Shown here piece by piece: positions 37,855 through 48,810 of a stretch of DNA of 64,000 nucleotides. Numbering within the stretch: the stretch's first letter is position 1; each line of letters starts with the position of its first letter. This DNA comes from a virus. Lineage: Duplodnaviria; Heunggongvirae; Uroviricota; Caudoviricetes. The stretch is taken from positions 19,662 through 83,661 of IMG/VR virus record IMGVR_UViG_3300014631_000001; one strand, given 5' to 3'. The position numbers and the translations under genes are program-made. The notes below the pieces were generated by a model. It did not search any database and was not told where the DNA came from. It saw only the letters and a program-made list of their open reading frames with translations.

Positions 37855-38223
37855 CTACCGCTCAATCAAATCGCCATCCCCATTCATCCACATGCCATCA
37901 GCCAAATAAACCCACTCATCTGGATCATCAGTAACGCGCAGATCTTCGTAGAGCGAAGTCAGATCACTGCCAGCAATTAACTGCCTATATTTGTTCCAAT
38001 TTCTTCGAACGTCGTAATAAGTTTCAACATCGTAGTCCTGCTCCCTCAGCTCATTGTCTGAAGACACATTAAGTGTTTTCTTCAGCCCGACAATGTTGAA
38101 AATCCACTTCATGCCATTTTTGACATAGTAGGCCGACGTATAAGCATCCTCATCTGGCACACGTTCATAACCAAGCTTTAATGCGACCTGAATTTGTTCA
38201 GGCACTGATAATACAATGGCCAT
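37855..38223 (-). CDS. hypothetical protein
   Basis: 122 aa ORF. Confidence 0.45.
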   Translation of the reverse strand: MAIVLSVPEQIQVALKLGYERVPDEDAYTSAYYVKNGMKWIFNIVGLKKTLNVSSDNELREQDYDVETYYDVRRNWNKYRQLIAGSDLTSLYEDLRVTDDPDEWVYLADGMWMNGDGDLIER

Positions 38224-38443
38224 TTTGATCCCTTTTATGCTGTGTAAAACCTTATCTTAAAGCGCCTTAGCTAAGGAGTTAAGGTTTTTAGACCTTCCCC
38301 TCGGCAATACTAGGTAGTTAGCTACTTATAAATATTGCATAATAGCCAGCCTGCGAACCAACTCAATAGCCTGTAGCTCTGAATTGATGGCCTGTTCAGT
38401 GTTGGTAACATTGCGTTGAATTTATAACAAGCTGGAAGAACAC

Positions 38444-39529
38444 ATGACTATACCGTATGGCGTGATCTCTGATCCCCACTACCACAACTGGAACACTTTC
38501 GCGGTTTCTGACGCCAACGGGCTTAATTCCCGCCTGGCCATTCTGCTTGAATCCACAAAAGAAGCAGCCATTGCCATCAAAGAGGCGGGGGCGAAGCATT
38601 TGTTCGTTGCTGGTGACACATTCCATGTACGCGGCACTATCACACCATCTGTACTGCATTATGTGACGGAAACATACAAGTGGATCATTAACGAGCTTGG
38701 CCTTGAAGTGGTCATGCTGGCTGGCAACCACGACCTCGAAACTAACGATTCCGTCTACAGTGCTAACGCAGCTGCCTCACTGCAGTCGATCGGGGTTCAG
38801 ATCGTTTGTGGCCAGCAACCGTTCAGCGTTGAAGTTGGTGATGTGAATGTTCATTTCATCAGCTGGCGTAACTCCCATGCCGAGCTTTTGAGTGATATGA
38901 AGGCGTTGCGAAATCGTCTTGAGGGCGACAACCACGACATCATCATTCATACCTCAGTCAATAAAGCGATTCCAACCATGCCCGATGTGGGCATCGATGC
39001 GCAGGAGCTTAAGGATATTGGCTTCCGGCTTGTTTTGTCTGGTCATTACCACAACCACAAAGAAGTCTTACCCGGTGTCGTCAGTGTTGGCGCGTTGACA
39101 CACCAGAATTGGGGTGATGTAGGGACATTGGCCGGTTACATGGTGGTGCAGCCTGATGGCAGCTTTACCCAGCATGAAACCTCCGCGCCAAAGTTCATCA
39201 ATCTCGAAGAGGGTGTTGATGATAGCGAAGTACGCGGCAATTACGTTCGGTTCTACGCGACTATTGAAGCCGACGAAGAAGGCGTGAAGATAAAAAACAC
39301 TCTTAATTCCATGGGCGCCAAAGGTGTCGTGTGCAACTTCGTTCGCAAATCCTCAATGATGACCGGCTCCGCCAGCACTTCCGCGACGGCAAAGATAGAT
39401 AGCCTTGGGGAGTCAGTAAGCGCTTACTGCCAAATCATGCACGACACTGACGGCGGTTTTGATGTGAAGGCATTGGGGGCGCTTTGCAGCGACATCCTCC
39501 TTGAAGCTGAAACCGGTACTTCAGAATGA
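38444..39529 (+). CDS. SbcD/Mre11-like nuclease (T4 gp47-like)
   Basis: Calcineurin-like phosphoesterase motifs DPHYH, GDTFH, GNHD, GHYH. Confidence 0.85.
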   Translation: MTIPYGVISDPHYHNWNTFAVSDANGLNSRLAILLESTKEAAIAIKEAGAKHLFVAGDTFHVRGTITPSVLHYVTETYKWIINELGLEVVMLAGNHDLETNDSVYSANAAASLQSIGVQIVCGQQPFSVEVGDVNVHFISWRNSHAELLSDMKALRNRLEGDNHDIIIHTSVNKAIPTMPDVGIDAQELKDIGFRLVLSGHYHNHKEVLPGVVSVGALTHQNWGDVGTLAGYMVVQPDGSFTQHETSAPKFINLEEGVDDSEVRGNYVRFYATIEADEEGVKIKNTLNSMGAKGVVCNFVRKSSMMTGSASTSATAKIDSLGESVSAYCQIMHDTDGGFDVKALGALCSDILLEAETGTSE

Positions 39530-39762
39530 TCACCGGAAAATTCCAGTGGGCTGTAAATATCCTGAACAACGGAGGGACGATCACACTGCATCGTTTCACA
39601 TACCGCAGTGAACGAGTGCGCTACAAACTCAACCGTCTTTATCGTGACGGCGTCTTGGATCGCGCTTTGTACAAAACTCACCTGGAGTTTCGTCTCAAGA
39701 AAGATCAGCCAAAGCTGACTAACCTGGCCTCCAAAATAAAACATACAGAGAAAAGTACATGA
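39526..39762 (+). CDS. small hypothetical protein
   Basis: 78 aa between the sbcD-like and sbcC-like genes. Confidence 0.4.
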   Translation: MITGKFQWAVNILNNGGTITLHRFTYRSERVRYKLNRLYRDGVLDRALYKTHLEFRLKKDQPKLTNLASKIKHTEKST

Positions 39763-41675
39763 AATTTTTGTCAATGAAAGTTGAGAACTTCATGGCGCTG
39801 GCCGAAGCGGAAGTTGAACTCTCCGACCGCGGGCTGGTGCTGATCCAGGGTATCAACACTGACGACTCATCAGCTTCCAGCAATGGCGCTGGCAAGTCCA
39901 CCCTCATGAACAGCTTAATGTGGTGCATCTATGGCGAAACAGCCCATGGTGTAAAGGGCGACGATGTTCTGTCAACGGGGAACGAGAAGAACTGTCGCGT
40001 TCAAGTGACCATTGAAGACGAAGGCAAGAAATTCGCGATCATCCGTCACCGCAACCACAAAGAGTTTAAAAACCGTCTGATCGTTCGTGGTGAAGATGGC
40101 GATATGACCAAAGGCAAAGACACGCTTACACAGGAGCTTGTCGAGCGGCTGATTGGTGCATCTAAGGAAGTTTTCACCGCATCGATTTATGCAAGCCAGG
40201 AGGCGATGCCAGATCTGCCGGGCATGACTGACAAGAACCTCAAAGCGATAGTCGAAGAAGCAGCTGGCGTTGACCGACTGACCCGGGCGTATTCAATTGC
40301 TCGCGAACGGGCAAATGCAGCTACCGCGCGCGTTGATAACGTTAAGACCAAGATGGATGGCGCGCTGTCGCTGGTGGACTCAGCTGAAACAGAGCTGAAG
40401 TCAGCCAAGGCATCCTCCGAAGAGTGGGAAAAGAGCCGCAGCCAGCGTTTGGAAAAGTCACGCGAAGATCTAACCGGTGCTGAAGTTGAGCTGGCAGAGG
40501 CGGAACTGGAATTGCGAACCATTCCAGAGCAGATCCGCGATAAGCAGAACGCCATTACCGATGAACGTGAAAAGCTGGCGACTAAAGATGAGCACGACAA
40601 AAAGCTGGTTCGTGTCCGGGCTGTTATTTCTGAAGCGGAAGGTAACATTCGTTCCGCAGAGACGTTAATAGCGTCAGCGGTTAAACGTGCCCACAACAAC
40701 AAAGCGCAGGCTGATGCCATTGATTCCAAAGTTGGCACTCCGTGCCCAACCTGCGGAAAGGCTTATTGCAGCGAAGATTTATCAACCGTTAAGGAGAACT
40801 ATATTGGCCAGGCACGCAGTGAAATTGCAGAAGCGCAGGCATCAGCAGCGACAGTGGCTGAACAGCAAGGCCGTCTTGACAAAGCGCGCGGCATCGAGCG
40901 AGCACTTATCGACGCAACACCAGATATCTCAGCCATCATTGCCCGAATCCAGCAGCTGAATGGCGAGCTAAGCATCTTAAACAAGCGCTCCGGCGAGCTA
41001 GGTTTGCTTGAGACCACCTTCCGCCGCGCCAAGACCGAAGTGAATCGCATCATTGCAGAAGTGAATCCATTTCTGGCGATCATTACGCGCCATGAAGAGA
41101 GCCTGCGCGCCAATAAATCTAAATACGCAGAACTTAAAACAGAACTTAAAAACCATCAGGAGCAGGCTCAGCTGCTTGAGAAAGCGCGCCAGGTATATTC
41201 ACCAGCCGGAGTCCGTTCGCATATTCTCAGCTCAGTGACGCCGTTCCTGAACATGCGTACAGCTGAATATCTCAACACGCTATCTGACGGCAATATTGTT
41301 GCGGAATGGTCAACGATGGAGACCACCAAGAAAGGTGAGATCCGTGATAAGTTCAACATCAACGTTTCAAAAGCCGGTTCCAGCAAATCATTCATGGGCT
41401 TATCCGGTGGTGAGAAGCGCAAGGTTCGAATTTCGTGTTCACTAGCATTGCAAGATCTTGTGGCCAGCCGCGCCAGCAAAAATATCCAGCTGTTTATCGG
41501 TGATGAAATTGATGATGCGCTGGACTCCGCAGGGCTTGAACGCTTAATGGGCATCCTTGAGACCAAAGCGCGTGAGCGTGGCACCGTGATGATCATCAGC
41601 CACAAAGAAATGAAATCATGGTTCCGTGAAACCATCACCGTTGAAGTGAAGGACGGCCGCAGCTATGTCAGTTAA
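39759..41675 (+). CDS. SbcC/Rad50-like ATPase (T4 gp46-like)
   Basis: Walker A NGAGKST, zinc hook CPTCGK, ABC signature LSGGEKRKV, Walker B FIGDEIDDALD. Long coiled coils. Confidence 0.85.
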   Translation: MKFLSMKVENFMALAEAEVELSDRGLVLIQGINTDDSSASSNGAGKSTLMNSLMWCIYGETAHGVKGDDVLSTGNEKNCRVQVTIEDEGKKFAIIRHRNHKEFKNRLIVRGEDGDMTKGKDTLTQELVERLIGASKEVFTASIYASQEAMPDLPGMTDKNLKAIVEEAAGVDRLTRAYSIARERANAATARVDNVKTKMDGALSLVDSAETELKSAKASSEEWEKSRSQRLEKSREDLTGAEVELAEAELELRTIPEQIRDKQNAITDEREKLATKDEHDKKLVRVRAVISEAEGNIRSAETLIASAVKRAHNNKAQADAIDSKVGTPCPTCGKAYCSEDLSTVKENYIGQARSEIAEAQASAATVAEQQGRLDKARGIERALIDATPDISAIIARIQQLNGELSILNKRSGELGLLETTFRRAKTEVNRIIAEVNPFLAIITRHEESLRANKSKYAELKTELKNHQEQAQLLEKARQVYSPAGVRSHILSSVTPFLNMRTAEYLNTLSDGNIVAEWSTMETTKKGEIRDKFNINVSKAGSSKSFMGLSGGEKRKVRISCSLALQDLVASRASKNIQLFIGDEIDDALDSAGLERLMGILETKARERGTVMIISHKEMKSWFRETITVEVKDGRSYVS

Positions 41676-42381
41676 TGAACTGAGTTACATCCAGTTCCGG
41701 CAAGTGGTTTCTGTACTGGCATCCATTAACCTCCTGTCGGATTACGTGGACGAACCGGTACGGCCTAAGTGGTATTTCGAGCTAAGCGAGGTGGATGACG
41801 CGCAGCGCGCCGCATTAACGGAGCTGCTTGATGCCAGCCCGGTCATGATGACGCTCACGCATGAAAGCAACATAAAGCCGCTCATGATCAACTTAGCAGA
41901 TCCGAGCGGCTATCTGCCTCGCGAGTGCGGTCTGGTTACTCTGAGTGACGTAAACACGCTGACCATGAGTATTGGCGACCCGTCACTGTATCTGGATAGT
42001 CAGCAAATCAGTGCGTTCAACACTTTTATCCGCCGTCTAAAAAACAAGTCGGAGCTGGTTGCCAGCGGCGGTGCTGCATTCGAAAGCGTTGCTATCAAAT
42101 TCGAAGAAGGCGATGACCTCATCCGAAACACAATTGTTGAGTTCAAAGATGGCAAGGGTGAGACCATTTTTGTTGCTGATGGCGACACACATGAAAATGT
42201 TAAACACAATCTGCCGAAGAACTACCTAAGTGAATTGTGTGAGTTCGTTGCGCAAACCATGATGACCTCAGAGGATGATGATTCATTGTTCAATGAGCTG
42301 CTGGGCGTACCATCAAGAAGCCAGCAAAAAGACGAACCGGTAATAACACAGGAAGCCCACCCTCAGTGGGGAACATGGTAA
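41665..42381 (+). CDS. hypothetical protein
   Basis: 238 aa ORF. Confidence 0.5.
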   Translation: MSVNELSYIQFRQVVSVLASINLLSDYVDEPVRPKWYFELSEVDDAQRAALTELLDASPVMMTLTHESNIKPLMINLADPSGYLPRECGLVTLSDVNTLTMSIGDPSLYLDSQQISAFNTFIRRLKNKSELVASGGAAFESVAIKFEEGDDLIRNTIVEFKDGKGETIFVADGDTHENVKHNLPKNYLSELCEFVAQTMMTSEDDDSLFNELLGVPSRSQQKDEPVITQEAHPQWGTW

Positions 42382-42391
42382 GGAGACCATA

Positions 42392-42961
42392 ATGAGCAAG
42401 TTGATTAAAATCTTGGGGTTAGACCCCAGCATGAGTAATTTTGGCATCGCAGCTGGCACCCTCGATCTTGACACCAATGAAGTTAAGGTGACGCGCTTCG
42501 AGCTGGCGGAAACGAAGGCCGGTGGCAAGAAGAAAACGGTTCGCGTGAACAGCGACGATCTGCGCCGCGCTGGTGAGATTTGGGCGAAAGCAAAGCCAAT
42601 GATTGATGAGGCACATATCGTTTTTGCTGAGCTGCCGGTGGGTAGCCAATCGTCTCGTGCTCAGACCAGCTATGGCATTTGCATCGGCGTTCTGGCAAGC
42701 ATTCAAAAGCCGCTAATTCAGATTACCCCTGACGAAATCAAGAAGTATGTCGGCGGTAAAGCGAGTGTTGCCAAAGAGGACATCATTGAGTGGGCTACTC
42801 AGGAGCAACCAGACGCCCCCTGGCTGCGCCACAAGTCCAAAGGTGAAATGGTGCTGACCGGTAAGAATGAGCATCTTGCTGACGCTGTGGCGGCGATTTA
42901 CGTCGGTCTAGATACTGATCAATTCAAACAGGTGGTAAGCGTACTGAAAGCAATTTTATGA
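42392..42961 (+). CDS. RuvC-like Holliday junction resolvase
   Basis: N-terminal ILGLDPS...GIA (catalytic Asp), internal acidic residues and C-terminal HLADAVAAIYVG helix, matching an RNase H-fold resolvase pattern. Confidence 0.5.
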   Translation: MSKLIKILGLDPSMSNFGIAAGTLDLDTNEVKVTRFELAETKAGGKKKTVRVNSDDLRRAGEIWAKAKPMIDEAHIVFAELPVGSQSSRAQTSYGICIGVLASIQKPLIQITPDEIKKYVGGKASVAKEDIIEWATQEQPDAPWLRHKSKGEMVLTGKNEHLADAVAAIYVGLDTDQFKQVVSVLKAIL

Positions 42962-42970
42962 TTTATCGTT

Positions 42971-42992
42971 GATAGGTAGCCAACTACCTATT
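42971..42992. promoter_or_regulatory. operator-like palindrome GATAGGTAGCCAACTACCTATT upstream of nrdA
   Basis: Seen in the sequence. Confidence 0.45.
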
Positions 42993-43038
42993 ATCATGGC
43001 GGCCACTATATGTAGTGGCCTTTTTATTGGGAAAACAG

Positions 43039-45363
43039 ATGATTAACATCCAGAAACGTGACGGGCGATCGGAGCCACTGAGCGAAGAAAAGTATAACCG
43101 CGTGGTAATGTGGGCGGTCGAAGGCGTTGAAAACGTCAGTGCATCAGCCATTGCCCTCGGTGCTTCTGCCAGCATTTTTGACGGCATGACCACCAGCCAG
43201 TTGCATGAGGCGCTGGTGAAAGCCGCAGCTGATTTGATCAGCCCTGAAACTCCGAACTACTCGCAGGTTGCAGCCCGTCTTAATCTGTTCAAAATGCGCA
43301 AAGATGCGTTTGGTCAGCACGAATACCCCGACCTGTACATGCACATCGTGAACCTTGTTAATCGTGGCATTTACGATGAAGATTTGTTGAAACGCTACCA
43401 TCCGAACGAAATTAACGAGCTGGGCAAATATCTCAATACCGCTCGCGATGATCTGTTTGGTTACGCGGCCACCGTGCAGCTGCAGGGCAAATATCTTGTC
43501 CAGAACCGCGTCACGGGAAAAATTCACGAAGCGCCGCAACACATTTATATGCTGGTGGGCATGTGTCTGTTCCAGGATTGGCAGGACGGCACCAGCAGTA
43601 AAACTCGTCTGGAAATGGTCAAAGGCTTCTATGATGTAACCAGTACATTCAAGCTCTCTTTGCCAACCCCAATCATGGCAGGCGTTCGCACACCGACGCG
43701 CCAGTTCTCAAGCTGCGTACTGATTGAATCTGGCGACAGTCTGAAAGCCATTAATGGTACAGCTGCCGCGATCGTCGATTACGTTTCACAACGTGCCGGC
43801 ATCGGCATTAGCTTTGGCCGCATCCGTGCGCTGGGAAGCGAAATCCGTGGCGGCGAAGCGACCCACACTGGCGTTGTCCCGTTCCTGAAGCACTTCCAGA
43901 CAGCCGTTAAATCCTGTTCGCAGGGTGGTGTTCGTGGCGGCGCAGCTACTGCGTATTATCCGTTCTGGCATTTGGAAACTGAAAGTCTGCTGGTGCTGAA
44001 GAACAACCGCGGCGTCGATGAAAACCGTGTTCGACATTTGGACTACGGCGTACTGCTGAACCGTCTGATGTATCGCCGCCTGATTCGCGAAGAGAACATC
44101 ACTTTGTTCAGCCCCAACGATGTCCCTGACCTTTATGACGCATATTTCGAAGATCAGGATCTGTTCGAAGAGCTTTACCTGAAATACGAAGCTGACCCGG
44201 TCATTCGCAAAAAAGCAGTTCCAGCGGTTGAGCTGTTCTCATCCATGATGCAGGAACGCGCTTCTACCGGCCGCATTTACATCGGCAATGCTGATCATAT
44301 GAATGAGCATAGTTCGTTCATTCAGCAAGTTGCACCTGTGCGCATGTCAAACCTCTGCGCTGAGATCACTTTGCCAACTAAGCCCCTGGCTAAGACTGAC
44401 GATCCCACTGGTGAAATTGCTCTTTGTACGCTTTCCGCATTCAATCTGGGCGCGATCAACAGTCTTAATGATCTGCAGGAAGTCGCCTTCTACGCCGTGG
44501 CTGCACTGGATTCGCTGCTTGATTACCAGAATTACCCAATGGAAGCCGCTGAGCGTGGCGCCAAGGCTCGTCGCAGTCTGGGTGTCGGCGTGACCAACTT
44601 CGCTTACTACCTTGCGAAAAACGGCTTTAAATATTCGGATGTGGACGGCAACAAACTGGTTCACGAAACGTTTGAAGCCATTCAGTATTACCTTCTGGAC
44701 GCCAGTTGTAAATTAGCTGAAGCTAAAGGCGCCTGTGAGTGGTTCGACGAAACCAAATACTCCCTTGGCCAGCTGCCAATTGACCACTATCGCAAGTCCC
44801 TGGATGGTCAGGAGATTAACGCGAAGCATCCGCTGCGACTTCCCTGGGAGCAGCTGCGCTGCCGCATCAAAGTGCATGGCCTGCGTAACTCCACACTGAC
44901 AGCTCAGATGCCGTGCGAAACGTCGAGCCAGATCACCAATTCAACGAACGGTATCGAGCCGCCGCGCGGCGCCGTGTCCATCAAATCCTCCAAAGAAGGT
45001 GCCATCAAAATGGTTGTGCCTGATTTTGAGAACCTGAAGGGGCAATACGAATATCTGTGGGATATGCCGAGCAACTACGGCTACCTGACCAAAGTGGCGA
45101 TCATTCAGAAGTTCTTCGACCAGTCTATTTCGACCAACACGAACTATGACCCTGAGCGCTTCCCTAATGGCAAAGTCCCAATGGAAACGCTGCTGGATGA
45201 TCTGCTCACTGCCTACCAGCTGGGCATCAAAACTCTCTATTACCACAACACGCGCGACGGTGCCGGCCAGACGGAAGACACCAGCGACGTGACCAGCGCG
45301 CTCCAGGCTAACCAAGAGCCAATTCTTGACGACGAGCCTGATTGCGACACCTGCACCATCTAA
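43039..45363 (+). CDS. nrdA: ribonucleoside-diphosphate reductase alpha subunit (class Ia)
   Basis: ATP-cone at the N-terminus. Catalytic region (CETSSQITNSTNGIEPP), C-terminal CxxC tail. Confidence 0.9.
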   Translation: MINIQKRDGRSEPLSEEKYNRVVMWAVEGVENVSASAIALGASASIFDGMTTSQLHEALVKAAADLISPETPNYSQVAARLNLFKMRKDAFGQHEYPDLYMHIVNLVNRGIYDEDLLKRYHPNEINELGKYLNTARDDLFGYAATVQLQGKYLVQNRVTGKIHEAPQHIYMLVGMCLFQDWQDGTSSKTRLEMVKGFYDVTSTFKLSLPTPIMAGVRTPTRQFSSCVLIESGDSLKAINGTAAAIVDYVSQRAGIGISFGRIRALGSEIRGGEATHTGVVPFLKHFQTAVKSCSQGGVRGGAATAYYPFWHLETESLLVLKNNRGVDENRVRHLDYGVLLNRLMYRRLIREENITLFSPNDVPDLYDAYFEDQDLFEELYLKYEADPVIRKKAVPAVELFSSMMQERASTGRIYIGNADHMNEHSSFIQQVAPVRMSNLCAEITLPTKPLAKTDDPTGEIALCTLSAFNLGAINSLNDLQEVAFYAVAALDSLLDYQNYPMEAAERGAKARRSLGVGVTNFAYYLAKNGFKYSDVDGNKLVHETFEAIQYYLLDASCKLAEAKGACEWFDETKYSLGQLPIDHYRKSLDGQEINAKHPLRLPWEQLRCRIKVHGLRNSTLTAQMPCETSSQITNSTNGIEPPRGAVSIKSSKEGAIKMVVPDFENLKGQYEYLWDMPSNYGYLTKVAIIQKFFDQSISTNTNYDPERFPNGKVPMETLLDDLLTAYQLGIKTLYYHNTRDGAGQTEDTSDVTSALQANQEPILDDEPDCDTCTI

Positions 45364-45453
45364 AGCGTGGGGCAGCCGCCCCACCGTCTCCAGTCCATTG
45401 AACACCCGTGTCAGCGCATCACAATGCTGGCACGTAATACAACGAGGAAACAC

Positions 45454-46587
45454 ATGAGCCAATATTCAACGTTCCGGCTTGGGACGAATGACGCGACCAA
45501 AGAACCTATGTTTCTTGGCCTGTCAGTAAACGTATCTCGCTATGACCAGCAAAAATATCGCCTGTTTGAAAAGCTGATCGAGAAGCAGCTCTCTTTCTTC
45601 TGGCGCCCTGAAGAAGTGGACATTTCTAAAGATCGCATTGATTTCAACAACAAACTGCAACCGCATGAGCGACACATCTTCTTGAGCAACCTCCGTTACC
45701 AGACTCTGCTGGACTCCATACAGGGCCGCAGCCCGAACGCTACACTGCTGCCGCTGGCTTCCATTCCAGAGCTGGAGACGTGGATTGAAACGTGGTCATT
45801 CTCAGAGACCATTCATAGTCGCAGCTACACGCACATCATTCGTGGCATGGTTGATAACCCTGCTGAAATCTTCGACGGCATTGTGAGCGATGAAGAAATC
45901 GTGAGCCGCGCCGCATCGGTAACTGAGCAATATGATGCCCTGTACCAGCTGATCTGCGCTCGCGAGTATCTTTCAGAGCAGGAAGGCCGTTTTGATGAGA
46001 TTTATGGGGAACTTGCCATGGAGAAACAGGTTTACCGCACTCTGGTAGCAGTAAACGCTCTGGAGGCAATCCGCTTCTATGTCAGCTTTGCCTGCACGTT
46101 TTCTTTTGGTGAGCGTGGGCTACTGGAAGGCAATACAAAAATTATGCGCTTCATCGCGCGTGATGAGGCTCTGCATTGTCACTCTACAGAAATGATGATC
46201 AAGTACATGCGCGTCGGCAAAGAGGGTGAGCAGTGGAAGGCTGTGGCTGATGAACTTGAACCCTTTGTTTATCAGACCATGAAGGACGTGGCTGAACAGG
46301 AGATGCGCTGGGCTGAACACCTTTTCAAAGATGGCTCTATGATCGGTCTCAATGCTGAAATCCTGAAGCAGTATGTGAAATATCGCACCAACGTTAGCCT
46401 GCGTCGCATGGGGCTTAAGCCAATTTTCGAAGATGCGTTAAATGATCCACTGCCGTGGATGAACAAATGGCTGCAGAGTGACCAGGTGCAAGTGGCGCCA
46501 CAAGAAGTTGAGGTTAGCTCATATCTGGTTGGGCAGATCGACTCAACGGTGAGTTCGAAGAGCCTGAAGAAATTCGCCGACATTTGA
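45454..46587 (+). CDS. nrdB: ribonucleoside-diphosphate reductase beta subunit
   Basis: Diiron ligand pattern (ETIHSRSYTHI, EALHCH) and radical Tyr region. Start at GAGGAAACACATG. Confidence 0.85.
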   Translation: MSQYSTFRLGTNDATKEPMFLGLSVNVSRYDQQKYRLFEKLIEKQLSFFWRPEEVDISKDRIDFNNKLQPHERHIFLSNLRYQTLLDSIQGRSPNATLLPLASIPELETWIETWSFSETIHSRSYTHIIRGMVDNPAEIFDGIVSDEEIVSRAASVTEQYDALYQLICAREYLSEQEGRFDEIYGELAMEKQVYRTLVAVNALEAIRFYVSFACTFSFGERGLLEGNTKIMRFIARDEALHCHSTEMMIKYMRVGKEGEQWKAVADELEPFVYQTMKDVAEQEMRWAEHLFKDGSMIGLNAEILKQYVKYRTNVSLRRMGLKPIFEDALNDPLPWMNKWLQSDQVQVAPQEVEVSSYLVGQIDSTVSSKSLKKFADI

Positions 46588-46669
46588 TGAATTTACGTGT
46601 TGGATGCCTATGCCCAACACGTTACTATGTTGAAAACAAAGTCATTGTTTAAATAAATAAGGAAACAAG

Positions 46670-47527
46670 ATGTTTACTGGCATTATGGACAAGGTGAAGC
46701 TGTTCGGCGACAAAGTTGTCGGCTTCAAGCCAGATCTTTACGAGCTGCATCCGGGTTACGGCGATCATACTCTGGACATCTATGAGATGGTTAACCAATT
46801 CCACGGGCTGTTTCAGCATCCTCAGCGTGTAGCTGCAACACCGGCGCTGCTTCGCTTACGTGCAAAACTTATTCGCGAAGAAGCTGTTGAAGAAGGCATC
46901 CCAGCTGCCGATAACTCAAATTTAGAGAAGATATTGGATGCGATGGCCGACTTCCTCTATGTCGGTATTGGCACTATGGTGGCGATCCGCGGCGGCGCAC
47001 CTATGGGGATGAGTATCTATACCCAGGATCAAAGCATAGGTCGATTCCATGAGACTTTGTCTATGACTTCCGCAGCGATCGATGATGTGAAGCTACCGTT
47101 TTATGAAGCTGGCAAAGTCGCTGATGAGCTTGAGGCTCTTGCGACCAAAATTGAGTCAGAGAATTTGTCAGAAGGTGCTCTTATTAACGAGCTGCGCCGA
47201 GTCCTGAACATGCTTTATGTCGCCTGCAGCATGACCTATCGCTTGGCTGATTTAATGGACATCAACATTGTAGAACTGGTGGCGGAAGTTCACCGTTCCA
47301 ACATGACGAAGCTGTGGCCGGGTGACGATGCAGAGCGGGCTGTGGCGGTGGATCGCTGCCAGTACGACCATTCAGATCTGGGCTTCCGTGCCTGTGAAGG
47401 TACTGATTTAAGAATCGGATTCCGCATCTCCGATGGCAAAATCCTCAAGTCACCAACCTACAGTGAAGCTGATCTGGTTGGCTTTGTTGCGACGGTTAAG
47501 ACGTCTACTATTGTGAAGGAATTATGA
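46670..47527 (+). CDS. hypothetical protein, possible MazG-like NTP pyrophosphohydrolase
   Basis: LIREEAVEEG...LDAMADFLYV resembles the EExxE...D helical NTP-PPase motif. Sits within the nucleotide-metabolism cluster. Confidence 0.35.
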   Translation: MFTGIMDKVKLFGDKVVGFKPDLYELHPGYGDHTLDIYEMVNQFHGLFQHPQRVAATPALLRLRAKLIREEAVEEGIPAADNSNLEKILDAMADFLYVGIGTMVAIRGGAPMGMSIYTQDQSIGRFHETLSMTSAAIDDVKLPFYEAGKVADELEALATKIESENLSEGALINELRRVLNMLYVACSMTYRLADLMDINIVELVAEVHRSNMTKLWPGDDAERAVAVDRCQYDHSDLGFRACEGTDLRIGFRISDGKILKSPTYSEADLVGFVATVKTSTIVKEL

Positions 47528-47608
47528 TGATGTGCCTTGTAGTTAAATGGCTATAAAGGTATATTTTATTCTTATGCGAAATAAACCTTATCAGAATGTC
47601 TGATTTAT

Positions 47609-47637
47609 AGACGCCCTTCCGGGCGTCTTTTTTTTTG
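47609..47637 (+). terminator. terminator AGACGCCCTTCCGGGCGTCT + T9
   Basis: Seen in the sequence. Confidence 0.75.
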
Positions 47638-47686
47638 CTTTTAAGTTATATGGTTGCTTTAATGGCGCTCTTTTTTTACTTACTAT

Positions 47687-47710
47687 AATATAGGTAGTCA
47701 CTTACCTATC
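47687..47710. promoter_or_regulatory. operator-like palindrome ATAGGTAGTCACTTACCTAT upstream of thyA
   Basis: Seen in the sequence. Confidence 0.45.
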
Positions 47711-47719
47711 AAAGAAATC

Positions 47720-48808
47720 ATGATGACAAGTTTACTCAACAAACCTTTCACTACTGGCCTGGCGACGGATTACACATACCGTTCAGTAATTAGCCGGGTT
47801 CAATCAGAAGGCATGGCCTCTGACGACAGAACTGGAACCGGCACAAAAGGAACCTGCTTCTTAGCAACCGATTACCTGCTGACTGGTGCATCAGTGCCGC
47901 TTGTGTCCAGCAAAAAAACCAACCTCAAACCTCTTCTGGTTGAGCTGGAGTGGTATCTCAAAGGCACTGGCAACATCGGCTTCCTGAAAGAGCATGGCGT
48001 AAAAATCTGGGACGCATGGGCTGATGAGAACGATGACCTCGGGCCGGTCTATGGAAAGCAATGGCGCAGTCTGGAAGACACCCGGATTATCCTCAGCAGC
48101 GATCTACAAAAGTATCTTGAGCACGGTTATTTGCTTGAGACTGGAATTGACGACAAACGCTCCCTTGTCACCAGAAACGTTGACCAACTGGCGCGTATCG
48201 TTAACACGCTTCGCACCAACCCATCCGATCGCCGAATGCTGATGAGTGCATGGAATGTGGCTCAGTTGGAAGACATGGCACTGCCCCCTTGCCACTTTGC
48301 GTTTTACGTGTGGAGTCGTGAGCTGGATTTTCCAACCCGTTTGTCGATGGCGAGCGATGTCGGTAGGACGCACTCTCAATACGGGCATGAAAGCATGTAT
48401 AGCCGTCTGCTTGAGCTGCTAGATTCTGGCACTGAGATTGATGATGGGCTGATGGACAGCCTAGGTATTCCAAAGCGAGTTCTGTGCTCTTCGGTAATGC
48501 AGCGCAGCGTTGATGTGTTTGTCGGTATGCCTTTCAACATTGCTGGGTACGGCATCCTGACTCATTTCATTGCCCAAATTACCGGTCACATGGCCGCGTC
48601 CCTGACTCATTACGGATGTGATGTTCATCTCTATGACAACCATCAAGAGGCGGTTGAAGAGTTCCAGGCGCGCGAAATCCCAAAAAACTCTGACCCGGTG
48701 GTCATCCTTCCCGAAACATGGGAAGAGCTTGACGATTTCCGTTGGGATGGCGTCGTGATTGAAGGTTATGAGCCACTGCCATGGATCAAGGTTCCGGTGG
48801 CGGTGTAG
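47720..48808 (+). CDS. thyA: thymidylate synthase (ThyA) with two insertions
   Basis: DRTGTGT, GPVYGKQWR, RRMLMSAWNV, ALPPCH, DVFVGMPFNIA, CDVHLYDNH. Longer than E. coli ThyA at 362 aa against 264. Confidence 0.9.
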   Translation: MMTSLLNKPFTTGLATDYTYRSVISRVQSEGMASDDRTGTGTKGTCFLATDYLLTGASVPLVSSKKTNLKPLLVELEWYLKGTGNIGFLKEHGVKIWDAWADENDDLGPVYGKQWRSLEDTRIILSSDLQKYLEHGYLLETGIDDKRSLVTRNVDQLARIVNTLRTNPSDRRMLMSAWNVAQLEDMALPPCHFAFYVWSRELDFPTRLSMASDVGRTHSQYGHESMYSRLLELLDSGTEIDDGLMDSLGIPKRVLCSSVMQRSVDVFVGMPFNIAGYGILTHFIAQITGHMAASLTHYGCDVHLYDNHQEAVEEFQAREIPKNSDPVVILPETWEELDDFRWDGVVIEGYEPLPWIKVPVAV

Positions 48809-48810
48809 CA

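Noticed and set aside
40187-40738. 183-aa minus-strand ORF
   Set aside because: Lies inside the SbcC/Rad50-like gene. Ser/Ala-rich mirror artefact.
48200-48360. ThyA insertion as intein or intron
   Set aside because: About 50 aa in-frame is too short for an intein and is translated continuously.
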